From contig OX597821.1 in NCBI GenBank assembly GCA_951406725.2, positions 44,888,001-44,952,000 of the forward strand: a DNA stretch of 64,000 bases, read 5' to 3'. Both the position numbers and the translations under genes were made by a program. Shown one piece after another: positions 25,713-38,019 of this stretch (within the stretch, counting starts at the first letter, position 1; each line of letters starts with the position of its first letter). The DNA comes from Octopus vulgaris. Lineage: Eukaryota. Below the pieces are notes generated by a model. It was not told the origin of the DNA, did no database searches, and worked only from the letters and a program-made list of their open reading frames with translations.

Positions 25713-26450
25713 AATCTCTCATTTGAAAAACAGAAGAGGGTTGCCAACAGAAAAAAGCATCTGGTTGTAAGCTACTGCCTCAAGTGTGTCTAAACCAGGC
25801 TAGCATGGAAAAACATGTAAAATGAATACTTATGTAGGAGCTCATTAGGTAGATAGGTAACAGTATTTTGTATTCTCTAATCTATTCATATAAAAGAAGA
25901 AAAAATAACTTGCCCAATGTCGAATGTTTTCATCATCATATCTATTTTCCCTCTACTATCATGAATTCAACAGGTCTGTAATACACCATGTTGTTACTGC
26001 CACTGCCTGCATAATGTTTTTTTCTTTGTGTTGATGTTAATTTCCATTCCCAACACAGTTGCTTTCTCTGTTTTTCTCCCCATGTCGGACAGTTTTCAAC
26101 TTCACAACCTTTCATACAAATATTAATCTTTTAACCTCCTCAAATCTTAAACACTTAATAATATTTTGTTGTGTTATCAAAAAAGTATTAGAGAGTAAAT
26201 TATTGTTTAGATTCTACTGTCATACAATTCCCAATGTGCAAGGCCAGTTAATTTGTCTTAGTCAAGCTGACTGGAATCGAATCTACATTTTACATTAGTG
26301 TCTTTGGAAAACTGAAAAATGGACAGTTGTGAAAACCTGTATATGTCAAACCACTTTTTTTAAATATCTAGATTTTTAAAAGTCAACCACCTATTATGAA
26401 AGAAAAATGTTTGAAAAAGGTTATATTTATGCTTACCTGTTCTTTTTCAG

Positions 26451-26554
26451 TTCGTGCCAGATATCCACCAGGTAGTGATCCTACATATGGGTTGTATGAT
26501 CACAAAACATTTTTGCATAAGTTGGAGGTTTTGGATATAAACAACATGCTGTGA
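26451..26554 (+). CDS. ITM2: ITM2-like protein, probable terminal coding exon (C-terminal peptide)
   Basis: 'tgttctttttcag|' with a phase-1-compatible frame: (F)RARYPPGSDPTYGLYDHKTFLHKLEVLDINNML*, TGA at 26552-26554. Followed by an AT-rich, TE-free 3' UTR with AATAAA signals. Confidence 0.65.
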
Positions 26555-26760
26555 AAATACATGAAAGTAAAATTTTATGTGAATCATAATCTCTAGTTTT
26601 TGTTTTTACTGTTTATTCTGTTAATTAATCATGATCAACCTACATCAGTGTATATTTGCAACGAATTATTAGATGTTTAGACATATAACCCTAAATATGT
26701 ATTCTAACCAATACTCATATAATGCATAAACACTTTATATTACATTAGGTCAAAGTATTG

Positions 26761-27192
26761 AATAAATGAACTAAAATAATAGCTTACTGTTTTATTCTCT
26801 CTCTCTCTCTCTTTCTCTCTCAAATGTAAACATTTCAGTCTTATATTTTCTTTGTTTCACTAATTGTTTTAAATTTTATTACCAAATGATATAAAAATAT
26901 TTAAGGATATATTACCATAAAGAGTACTAAATTTTTTTTTTCTATTTGTACACTGAATAAATCCTTGTATATTTGATTGTAGAGTTTTGGTTCTCTTTAA
27001 TATTTTTGCTTATAATCATAGCCAATGCGTTATTAACGATTCATTGTAGGAAATTGATTTGTTCTGTGCATCTGTGCATCTGATAACATAAATATTGTAT
27101 TATAAACATTAGAAATGATTCTTAGATATTTTATTTTCCAAGTTTTGAAAGAAATTGTACTTTTCAATAATAAAATAGTGTTTAATAATAAA
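26761..27192 (+). promoter_or_regulatory. Candidate polyadenylation signals of the ITM2-like gene
   Basis: AATAAA at 26761, 26956, ~27169 and ~27187. The region is AT-rich, so some will be chance matches. Confidence 0.4.
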
Positions 27193-27827
27193 ATATTTCT
27201 TTATATTTTATTTTATTTTTTGTTTCATGGGGGGGGGAAAAATGATTTTCTAAAAGTATGTATATTTAGTTTAGTTTTTTAAAATAAGAGAAAGATGAGT
27301 ATGATATGTATTTTCTCTATACAGATTTTCTAAAACATTTCAGCGAGTTGACATTCCATAGTGATTGAAATATCAGGAAGTGAAGATTAAGAACAAAATA
27401 ACTTTGAATTATTGTAATGCTATTAAATTACTTTAATACTTGCTTACGTTTTCACTTCCATTCAGCTGTTTAAAATCCACTGCTGGATGAAACCTCAGCA
27501 TGCCTCTGCTGGCTTCTCTATGCTGCTTATAGGCCTACTTGTCCACACACACTGGCTAATTGTGTGTCAGACAGAGTACTCCAGCAGTGATCAACATCTA
27601 GGCGAAATTTGAATTCAGAATGTAAAGAGTTGGAACACGATACTGCAAGGCATCTTCACTATTCTATCAGTTTCACCAATCCGTCTCCCTGCACTTGGGG
27701 CTTTATTTATTGACCCCACCTGAAAAAAATGAAGGGCAACATTGATCTGCTTTCATACTACTTAATAATTTCAGTTTAATTTTGACATGGTTTTTTCTTA
27801 ATTATTTCACAATATTATTGTTCTATA

Positions 27828-27871
<44 letters not shown>

Positions 27872-28889
27872 GGAATTTCCCAAAAATATCAGTTAATACA
27901 AGGAATTTTTAATCTAAATTTTCATTCAACTAAGTATGGTCAAACTTAGCATCTGTAGAGTAGAGAATTCTGTATACTGATGCTTTTTTTTTTTTTTAAA
28001 ATCCTTGTTCTTTTCATCACTAACTTTTGGCACAGAATTTTATTCAGTGAATCACATATAATATACATAATATCTATACATACATACGTACATACATTTA
28101 ACTCTTTCAAAAATTTGCTGTAAAGACAGTTTAACCCGCCTTGTAAAGTAATTTCTGGTTGTGAAATAATGAAATGACCCCATCAGAATATTAACTGGAT
28201 TGAAATCTTTTTGTAAATATTTGTAGGTGTGCATGTGTAAATACATATTTGTATGCATACGCACACATGCAGCTAAATTGTTATGCATGTAACCTGTGTA
28301 ATAAGCGAATCATTAAATTTCAAAAAGTAGTTATTGAGCTTTGATTATTATAGTTATAATTAAATAATTTAATGTGCTTTTAGACAATTTCTTTCCCTTG
28401 CAGCTGTCCTATGTTGTAGCACTGTTGTTACTGTCAATAAAAAGCCCAGTTTTTATAAGTTCCTAACTAAACCGCAGTGGTTTTCTTATTTTATACATAA
28501 ATAGAACTACATACATATATACATACAAATATAATTACTCATGTGTGTGTGAGTGTGTGCAGCCATTTTGTCATGAAATTTCTTGCTTTTAGCATTCCAA
28601 CTGTTTGTATTCTTTTCAATAAAAAGTGTTCTGGTTGCAATTTTTAACTTATTTCTTTTTCTTCTGTTTAGCTTATTTGCACATCTGTTATAAAACTTGA
28701 GTGAATGCAGTTTTGAATAGGTTTTATTTTTTTCAAAGTCATACAGTGATGGGTCTCTTTTTTTTTTTTTTTCTATTCAACAACAATTGATTAAATTTGA
28801 CTAGACATAGTCAGTTATCCCCTATTTTAACCTTTTCTTATGAATTGTACTGAGCACTGTATACAGTAAGATTTATTATTAATTATTAT

Positions 28890-29330
28890 TAAGGTGGTGA
28901 GCTGGACAAAATACTTAGCGGTACTTTGCCTGTTGCTGCATTCTAAGTTCAAATTCTGCCGAGGTCAACATTGCTTTTCATCCTTTTGGGGTCAATGAAT
29001 TAAGTTCCAGTCAAAGACTGGGGTCAGTGTAATCAACTAGCCCCCACACACACACACAAATTTCAGGCCTTGTGCCTACAGTAGAAAGGATTATTGTTGT
29101 TGTTGTTAAGGCAGCAAGCTGGCAGAATCGTCAGCATGTTTGGCAAAATACTTAGCAGCATTTCATCTGTCTTGATGTTCTGAGTTCAAATTCCACTGAG
29201 GTCAATTTTGCCTTTTGTCTTTTTGGTGTCGATGAAATAAGCACCAGTTATGTACTGGACTCAATATAAATCAACTAGCCCCTTCCCCCAAAAACTTCAG
29301 GCCTTGTACCTTTAGTAGAAAGAATTATAT
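28890..29330 (+). mobile_element. Two tandem SINE copies (a third, decayed copy at ~29670-29860)
   Basis: Repeated 'agctgg...aaaatacttagc...agttcaaatt...gaggtcaa...ttcaggccttgt.cct..agtagaaag.attat'. Confidence 0.75.
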
Positions 29331-29929
29331 GACATTAAACTATTTATCCTATTTGAGAAACATTTAGGCTTGAATTTGTGAGTGAACTATTGTATAAAAT
29401 TTGAAGATTAATTATATTGCAATGAATAATAGTGATTTTGTTTTTATACAGTACAAGGCCAATTTTTGTTGTGGAGATATTGTAATTGATTAACAGTGTA
29501 TTACTGGGGCTCTTTTTTTTTTTTTTTTTTTTTAGTTATATATTAGGCATTCTTACTTCTAATTAGATGCCAATATATTATTAGACATTGTAGTCTATGT
29601 AATGAAAATTAATGAGGTGAATATATTTTGAAATTTCAATTCCAAAATTGCCTCTAAATTGGTGGCTGCAGCGCTGAGCAGGTAGAATTATTAGCACACC
29701 AGAGAAAACGGAACATTTTACATTCTGAGTACAAATTCGACTGAGGTTGACTTAGTCTTTCATCCTTTTGGGATCAATAAAATAAGTACCAGTTGAGCAC
29801 CAGGGTTGATGTAATTCACTAGTTTCCTCCTCTCAAAATTTCTGGGCTTTTGCCTATTATTTTACTATCATTGTTATGTAGATCTTTTACAAGGCTTTTG
29901 CTCATCGTTTATTTATACTGCATACTTTC

Positions 29930-30450
29930 ATCATCATCATTGTTTAACGTCCGCTTTCCATGCTAGCATGGGTTGGACGATTTGACTGAGGTCTGGCGAA
30001 CCTGATGGCTGCACCAGACTCCAATCCGATCTGGCAGATTGGGGCCCAATGTTCGAAGGTCATGCTTCACCACCTTATCCCAAGTCTTCCTGGGTCTACC
30101 TCTTCCACAGGTTCCCTCAACCGCTAGGGTGTGGCACGTTTTCACGCAGCTCTCCACATGATCATACCAGTGCAGTCGTCTCTCTTGCACACCACATCTG
30201 ATGCTTCTTAAATCCAACTTGTCTCTCAAGGTCGAGTATGCACACTGACATCCATTACACATCCATTGGAGCATACTGGCTTCATTGCTTGCGAGCTTAC
30301 ACATGTCCTCAGCATTCATGGCCCATGTTTCACTGCCATGTAGCATGACTGTTCGCACACGTGTCATACAGTCTACCTTTTACTCTGAGCAAGAGGCCCT
30401 TTGTCACCAGCAGAGGTAAGAGCTCTCTGAACTTTGCCCAGGCTATTCAG
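29930..30450 (-). mobile_element. RTE LINE 3' fragment
   Basis: VRTVMLHGSETW...QERRLHWY.HV...VEGTCGRGRPRKTW, followed by the (GAT)n tail. Confidence 0.85.
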
Positions 30451-30845
30451 CATTTGTTATTCCAATATACATTCTTCTCAGCCACTTGTCCTTCTGTAAT
30501 GAATATTTAAGACAATTTACCCGAAAGATAAAATCAAATTGTACCTTGTTTTATGTATTAATTTATAAACAGTATTTTTGTTCAAACTTAAAGAGACTTA
30601 CATGAACTAGATGGATCATCTTACATTCATAACAGCAACTCTGCTTAAGTATGAGATAACGTCTGTTTTCCCATCTGTAGCTGGGATTGGACATATTGAT
30701 TACCCTATCCTTCCTTCCCTAGGATCCATTTCATCCTACCATTCCTTTTTTCTTAGTACTTAGCACATTGTTTTTCATCGGCCTTCCTCATTCAAATCTA
30801 TACAAATGCAGTTGTCTCCCCTATACTCTTAAGCCAGTCTCATCT

Positions 30846-30945
30846 NNNNNNNNNNNNNNNNNNNNNNNNNNNNNNNNNNNNNNNNNNNNNNNNNNNNNNN
30901 NNNNNNNNNNNNNNNNNNNNNNNNNNNNNNNNNNNNNNNNNNNNN
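30846..30945. other. Assembly gap (100 N)
   Basis: Run of N. A round 100 usually marks a gap of unknown size. Confidence 0.99.
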
Positions 30946-30969
30946 AGATTAAATCTACCAAGACTGCTA

Positions 30970-31945
30970 GAAGAGCAAGGAATACCTGAGGAGATCATAT
31001 GTGATAATGGGACCCAATTCACATCTCAGGAATTAAAAAAAAACTAGCCAATGAGTATGGGTTCAACATCATAACCTCATTACCACACTACCCCAAAGGT
31101 CATGGATTCATAGAAAGACAGGTGCAGACAGTCAAGAAAACACTAATCAAATGCTGGGAAACTACGGAAGATCCACACCTGGCACTTCTGTCCTTATGAG
31201 CAACACCACTGAGGGCTGACATGGAGTCCCCCAGCAGAAATGTTGAATGGTAGGAAATACAAAATCATCCAGCCAACAAAGATTCAACCTCCTATTGACC
31301 AGGAAGACACAGGAGCAAAGCTAGCAGCCACTCAAGAGCAAGGACAGAAATATTATAACAAACATGCACAATACTTACCTGAGATACTTGGAGGACAACA
31401 TGTGCATACTCAAGATCCTATAACCAAAACATGGATCCCAGCACAAGTTATCAGTAGAGCCAAAACTCCAAGATTATGCATTATAGAGACTGAATCTGGT
31501 AGGCAGCTGAGACGAAACAGGGACCACATCCACCCAACACCTGCAACATCAACAAGAACTACAACACCTACAACAGATGATGACACATACAGAATGTGTG
31601 CTTCCACAGACTCATCACCTCAACAGGCATCAACCACCCACCAACAACCCAACAACACATCAACATCATGCACAACACCTCAGACATCAGCACAGAGCAC
31701 ACTAAAGTCTACTAGATGGAGACCCAATATCTTACCACTGATTCGATACCACTGAAAAAAAAAAAAGATAAATAATAACTAATTTTGCTTAGATTAGGAA
31801 GCAGAAAACCATGCGTGTGGGCACAATAATCTCTACTGCATGATTGCCACCTTTGCTCTGACAATCCACTGGAGTAGGGAAGATTTACTTCTATTTTCTT
31901 TTAATTGCCAAAACATCTTTTTTTTAGACGAAGGGATGTTATATG
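30970..31945 (+). mobile_element. Degenerate Gypsy/Ty3 LTR-retrotransposon integrase 3' fragment
   Basis: GIPEEIICDNGTQFTSQE...YGFNIITSLPHYPKGHGFIERQVQTVKKTL (DDE core) and a C-terminal W.P..V....TPR...IETESGRQLRRNRDHI segment. A purine tract then TG ('agacgaaggga|tgttat') at ~31925-31941 marks a possible PPT/LTR start. Confidence 0.85.
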
Positions 31946-32122
31946 TTCATTAGGGTTATGACTTTTTGATTTTTCTGGAAGTAAACAATTTGCTGTATCA
32001 AAAGTCAATGAACAATTTCACATATGTAGGGAAAATAACCTTTATTTTAAGTTTTTTTTAAAAAAGGTAACCCTTAACTGAAGAAATCTAACACCACTTT
32101 TAACCCAAATCATGCAAAATTC

Positions 32123-33765
32123 TAGGGCAGGGTTCATAATACCTACTCAAGTTTTTGCCAGACTGGGTGTGCTGACTTAATGCAATGCAGAAGCAGTATA
32201 TCTCAAAGTTCAGCTTTCAAGTTTAAGTAGGTTATAGAGTTTTTAATTTGTTACCACTTAGGCCATACTTTAGGAAATATCCTCTTCTTCTCCTTTTTAT
32301 TTCTGTGACGCTAAAAACTCTGACTATATTAACTGTTTTTCAAAATAGTAAGCTTATCCAACTAGAGTATCTAAAATAATGCCTTATAAGAGAAGTGCTA
32401 GTGTCACTCAAAGAAACAGAAAAATCTGGACGAAGAATCTCGTGCAATTTCAAGACTCACATAGGAAAAGAAGACCTGTTCCTCTAGAAGAGCATTCTTT
32501 GGAAAATAACTGCAGGATCCCAATGAAACTTCAAATTGTCGGTCGCTACCTGTTCCTAAGAGGCACTATCAAAGGAACGAAAGAAAGAACAAAGGAAGTT
32601 TTGAAAGAAGTAACTTTTTTGGCAAAAGAAATTAAATTTCCCATATTTATCAATTCAAAATGTACAAGCAAAAGTAGAAAAAGTGCTGAATACCTACGAT
32701 AAATGTGTAAAATTAGGAAAATACGATTCATTGAAAGGAATTTTTGAAATCACAAAGGAAAACGGTGAATGGCTGTGCAGTGAGGATAGAAGGTTATACT
32801 ATCTTCAAATTGAAAGCAAGGTACAGGTTGGGTATGGAACTGGAAAGGTAGCCAGTTCCAAAACTATTCCTCCATCCAAAAGAAGAAAAGTGTCCTTAAT
32901 GCCAACTTCAACCAAAGCAACTGCAGTGTCATTGTCAATGTCTGAAGCAAAGACTGAAAGTGAAAATCAAGAGTCCTAAAAATCAGATGAAGAATTCACA
33001 CAAACAAGGAGGAAGTATAGCAAAACTGGAACTGCAACCAAGTTAGTAATATCTTCCATGCTACCAACCCAAAAAGCAGCAACAGTTTGTCGACAATTAT
33101 CTCAAGATGGAATCAATGTTGAGATTCCTTCCCAATCTGGTATTTACAGATCGACTATCAAAAAAGCTGTTAAACTGAAAAAGAAAATGAAGAAAACGTT
33201 ACATTTAGAAAACTGGTCATTGCATTTTGATGGTAAACATATTGATGACCAAGAATACCAAGTGCTAGTTTTAAAGAATGAACAGGGAGAAGTTAAGTTA
33301 GAAGCACTTCAATCACCAAACAGAAAAGCCAAGACTGTTGTGAAAGGAATAACAGCTGTTTTAGATAAATACAATTTATGAAACTGTGTAAAGATAATTG
33401 TCGCTGATACAACGAGTGTGAACAGTGGGAAAAGAAATAGCATTGTCATTCAGTTGCAAAGACTGTCTGCTCAAAGGAGCTTGAAAGAACTGCAGTTTAT
33501 TGGTTGTCAGCATCATATCCTTGATAGAGTCCTTTGCGTTGTAATGGATAATAAACAAGGAGAAAAAAGCCATCTCTCAAAATTGAATATACATTTATCC
33601 CAGAAAGATTACTGAATCAGCAGGATAGCGAGACAACATGAAATTTCTATTTCATTTGACCAGAATTTTTTGTTTCTTTGAAAAAACTGGAAAATTTCCG
33701 ACTGTAAAGTTTAAAAAAATACCCAACTTAAGTAATGCAAGATGGAATTCTTGAGCAATACTACT
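32123..33765 (+). mobile_element. Degenerate DNA transposon, hAT-related (hATm-like) transposase
   Basis: Interrupted ORFs give SLHFDGKHI, IVADTTSVNSG and FIGCQHHILD (DDE with a CxHH motif). 'tagggcaggg' at 32123 is a possible terminus. The subfamily call is from memory of motifs. Confidence 0.6.
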
Positions 33766-34184
33766 GACTTTTAAATCCATCATTAAGATTTCTCACTGCC
33801 GTTGATCTATCTTACAACTTTTAATTCTTAATTCATTTTTTAATTCTTATTAATGTTATTAATTCTTAATAACATTTTTCATCTTCAATTCAAAATGATT
33901 TTTAATTGATGCATCACTCTTTAGTTATCCTTTCCACAAATATTTTTACTTCATGTATTTTTTATTTCTAACATATTGATATGTTCCTTGTCTTGGTGTT
34001 ATATGTATTTATTGTGTTATATGTATTTATTATGTTGATGTAAATCATAACTATAGAATGATTATCTAAATTTTATCTCTTCTTAAACCAAGTTATATAA
34101 TGTCTAGTGTCTCAGGTTCAACCTGAGCACTTTCAAGCAATTGTTCGAAAGAAAAAAAACAATACATTTATATATATATGCAAA

Positions 34185-34230
34185 GGCATCACAAAAGCTG
34201 TTACTCAGAAGTAACAGTTTTTGTGATGTC
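34185..34230. repeat. Short hairpin/palindrome
   Basis: 'ggcatcacaaaagctgttact-caga-agtaacagtttttgtgatgtc'. Confidence 0.8.
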
Positions 34231-34332
34231 TTCACAGCTTTATTAATAAAGCATATTACTCTACCTCTAGTATTCAAGTACTATTTTTTCCACCTTGTTT
34301 CAGATTTATGTGCTTATTCTGGTGTGTGTGTG

Positions 34333-34380
<48 letters not shown>

Positions 34381-34443
34381 GGTTTCAGTGCGAATGGTTT
34401 TGTTACACAGTGCCATATTTTACAATCCTGTAAATAATAATAA

Positions 34444-34663
34444 TGGTATTTTTATATAAACTTAAAGCTTATGGCGATCACCGTGCAATGACTAAGGAAA
34501 ATAGTCTAATAAAGGGGCATAAAAGCCCTTGACAGAAAAAAGGAGGCTTTCCTATCCACATGGGATGCGAATAGGAAAGCCTTATATGCCCTGTTATTAG
34601 ACTATTTCCCTTAGTCATTGCACGGTGATTACCATAAGCTGTAAGCTTATATAAAAATACCAA
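34444..34663. repeat. ~220 bp fold-back element with an inner hairpin
   Basis: 'tggtatttttatataa.ctta.agcttatgg.gatcaccgtgcaatgactaagg.aaatagtctaataa' is mirrored by 'ttattagactatttcccttagtcattgcacggtgattaccataagctgtaagcttatataaaaatacca'. Inner stem: aggctttcctat/ataggaaagcct. Confidence 0.93.
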
Positions 34664-35152
34664 TATATATATATAGAGAGAGAGAGGGGGGGGGGAGAAA
34701 AGAAAGTTATGTTATTCAACACAGGTAGAAATATAGAAAAAAGAAGATGAAAATGCACTGGAAGTCTTTTAGATGGTTTATTTTCAAAGACTTTAAAAAT
34801 AAATCATACCAGCTTGTTATTCCCTGACCTGTCTTCATCTTTTGTTTTCTGTAAATTCAAACTGTATATATACACACGCACACACACATACACACACATA
34901 CATATATATATACAAGTCAGTAGAAAAACGAAAGAAGAGAACTCAACTGAATCAAACTGTTTTGATCTATCTATATATCTATATAACACACTATATACGC
35001 ACATTCACTCACATGTGTGTGTATTAAGGCCTGCTTGGTCCTCAACCAGTAATAGTATAGGAGACCTGCCCAAGGTGTTGAGCAGTGGATTGGAACACAA
35101 AACCATATAATTTCAAAGTGAATTTCTTTATCACACAGCTTAGAAAACCAAA

Positions 35153-35847
35153 TCATAAATCATAGTGAAAACGTTGTACTTGGTCTGGTGGAACTTGATC
35201 AGAATTTGAAGATAGCTTGAGGAAATGCTGCACAAGATTTTGCAATTCTTTTTTAGAGACACTATGTTGTTGATGTTCAGAAAGATATTTACTTTGATAA
35301 TTATTCAGTTGATCACTTAATAATTCCAACTTACTTTTGTATGTAGCTTTTAATTTTTCAATATTTAATTCCAGTTTTTTCGATAAATCTAATTTGGTAT
35401 TCTCCAACTGTTTAACAATTTTTTCATATTCATTTTGTTTTTTATTTAATAATACTTTCAACTCAGAAGTCTTCTTCAAGAGTTTCTCCCATTCTTCTGA
35501 TAGTTCACTGTTAATTTTGTATAAACACTCTATAGTTGAATTTGCTGACTTCAGTTCTGTCTTTAGAGATGTAATATATATATGCTGTTGTTCATTCACT
35601 TTTTTCAAGTTTGATATATTTTCTAGAGCTTCATTTGATATCGTTGTAAGGACAGTAGCCTTCCCTTCTAGCTGTTTAATATAAGTTTCCTGCTTTTGTA
35701 ATCTGACTTTCATTTCTGTATTTTCTTTCTTGACACTTTCCTGTTCACTCCTTAATATGCTAAGTTCATCTGATGTCCAAACAACCCTTTTTCCAGATAT
35801 TTTTGCTTTTGGTTCCAAATTCCTTCCACCAAACAAGTATTCCATAT
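35153..35847 (-). CDS. CCDC160: CCDC160-like coiled-coil protein, terminal coding exon
   Basis: Minus-strand acceptor 'tatattttatcag|at atg gaa' (phase 1). A 230-codon open heptad-rich frame ends ...YLSEHQQHSVSKKELQNLVQHF...FHYDL*. The phase matches the exon at 56419-56653. Confidence 0.75.
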
Positions 35848-36419
35848 CTGATAAAATATATATTTGAAGAAATGTTAACAATTATTGTAGAAGTTATGAA
35901 TATATATGAACAATAACTTTGATAATAACAGTTATATATTCCTTCTTACCAAACTATAAACTAAATATAGTTAAGTGTAGTAGGGCAAAAGCAGTTTGTA
36001 ATTTTTAATGGTAAAATATAAAGGTTTTACAAGTGAGAAGTGTCAACATCAAAGAATAGACATTAATATTAAGCTTGAATGTGGCCTAGTAGTTCTGGTG
36101 TTGGGTTCACAATCATGAAGTTGTAGGTTCAATTCCAGGGCCGCATTGTATCCTTGAAGAAAGTACTATATTTCACATGATCCAGTTTACTCAGCTGTAA
36201 ATGAATATCAACCAAGAACTGGTGCAGTACTTTCTCTCTCCAGCTGCTCCACTGATTCAAAGATGGGTGGGTGAAGAGGGCATCTGTATCTATTTGTGAC
36301 TATACAGGCACCTCAATCAATTAGCAAAAGCATGGTACATGCAACAAGGTCACAGTTATTTGTGAGTGACAGCTCTGGTCAGGATTAACTGTATGAGAAA
36401 TAAAAGATAGAAACTAAAT

Positions 36420-36566
36420 GGCATGGTAAGAAGCTTGCTTCTCAGCAACATGGTTCTGAGTTCAATCTCGCTGCCTGGCACCTTGGGCAAGTGTCTTCTA
36501 CTATAGCCTTGAACAGCCTAGAGCATTGTGAGTAGATTTGATAGCCAGAAACTGAAAGAAGTGTGT

Positions 36567-36617
<51 letters not shown>

Positions 36618-36860
36618 TGTGTGTAGGTGCATGCGTGTCTTTGTGTCTGCCCCAGCCACTGCTTGACAACTGATATCGGTGTGTTTTTAAGTCCCCGTAA
36701 CTTAGCGGTTTGGCAAAAGACACCAATGATTTAAATAAGTATCAAGCTTCAAAGCATAAATACTAGTGTTGATTCCTTTGACTAAAAATTCTTCAAGGCA
36801 ATGGCCCCGGCAGAGCCCCAGTCTAATAACTGAAACAAGTAAAAGATGAAAGATAAAAAT
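36420..36860 (+). mobile_element. tRNA-derived SINE with internal (GT)n
   Basis: 'tggtaagaagcttgctt...catggtt...gttcaatc...ccttgggcaagtgtcttctactatagcc' head, (GT)n core and 'tgaaacaagtaaaaga' tail. Same family as 37203-37605. Confidence 0.8.
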
Positions 36861-37202
36861 ATTAAAGCAGACAACAAACAAAAGACGATGGATGGTGGTA
36901 TCACGCTGGTGTAACAAGTAAATACACAAAAGAAAGTATTTTATTACTGATAAATGGAACTGAATAATCTTCATTTAAAGCTGAGTCTATGGGAATCAAT
37001 GCCAGGAGTTTCTCATTCCTGTTCAAGATCGGGAACAATAAACTCAGGGTAGCAATTTATACAGACTCAGTTCACAATATAATATAACAAAGGATATACA
37101 CAATATATTGGTTCTTGATAATCCTTCGTTTTTATTCTTATTAAATAGGTAACCAACAATGTTGACAAATATTAAAGCTTATAGATTAAATATTTAAATT
37201 AT

Positions 37203-37605
37203 AGGTGCAGGTATGGCTGTGTGGTAAGAAGCTTGCTTCAAAACTACATGGTTTCAGGTTCAGTCCCATTGTATGGAACCTTGGGCAAGTGTCTTCTACT
37301 ATAGCCTTGGGCCAACCAAAGCTTTGTGAGTGGATTTGGTAGACAGAAACTGAAAGAAGTCAGTCATGTGTGTGAGTGTGTGCACCTATGTGCGTGTGTC
37401 TTTGTGTTTGTCCTCCACCACTGCCTGACAACCTGTGTTAGTGTGTTTACGTCTCCATAACTTAACAGTTCAGCAAAGGAGACTGATAGAATAAGTACCA
37501 AGCTTTAAAAACAAGTCCTGAGGTCAATTTGTTTGACCAAGACCATTCAAGGTGATGCTCTAGCATGGCCATAGTCAAATGACTGAAACAAGTGACAGAT
37601 AACAG
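37203..37605 (+). mobile_element. tRNA-derived SINE (full length)
   Basis: 'aggtgcaggtatggctgtgtggtaagaagc...ggttcagtccc...' through 'gtcaaatgactgaaacaag'. Further copies at ~41195-41555 (-), 48475-48640 (+), 54765-55160 (-) and 55375-55800 (-). Confidence 0.85.
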
Positions 37606-38019
37606 ATATAAAAGAGTCATATCATGCTCAGAATAAAACTAAAATAAGTTCCACGGAGTTAGATTGGGAGCTGCACATAAGATGAGAAATGCTTCAAACA
37701 TATGTTCCCTACAAACAGGTGGACACTATCTGAGACACAACCTATCAAGTAACTATAACCATAAGAATATATGAACAGTCAATTAAAGTTTACATACAGA
37801 GTTGAGTGAGTTCCATTTTATTTCTAGCCTTTCACCACTGACATCATTCACATTCGACACTGAATATCATCAGACATTTCCACTTGCATGAATAGAAGTC
37901 CTCGGAAACATCTTCTAAGACGATATTTCCAGAATCTTGATAACAACAACAACTCTTGATAACATCTACTCTACTGTTTCAATAGTATCAATATACAAAA
38001 CAATACATCTACACTTTCT

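Noticed and set aside
31240-31755. 171 aa ORF with a Thr/Ser-rich, mucin-like tail
   Set aside because: C-terminal part of the Gypsy integrase with a low-complexity tail, not a host gene.
35337-35684. 115 aa plus-strand ORF
   Set aside because: Antisense shadow of the coiled-coil exon.
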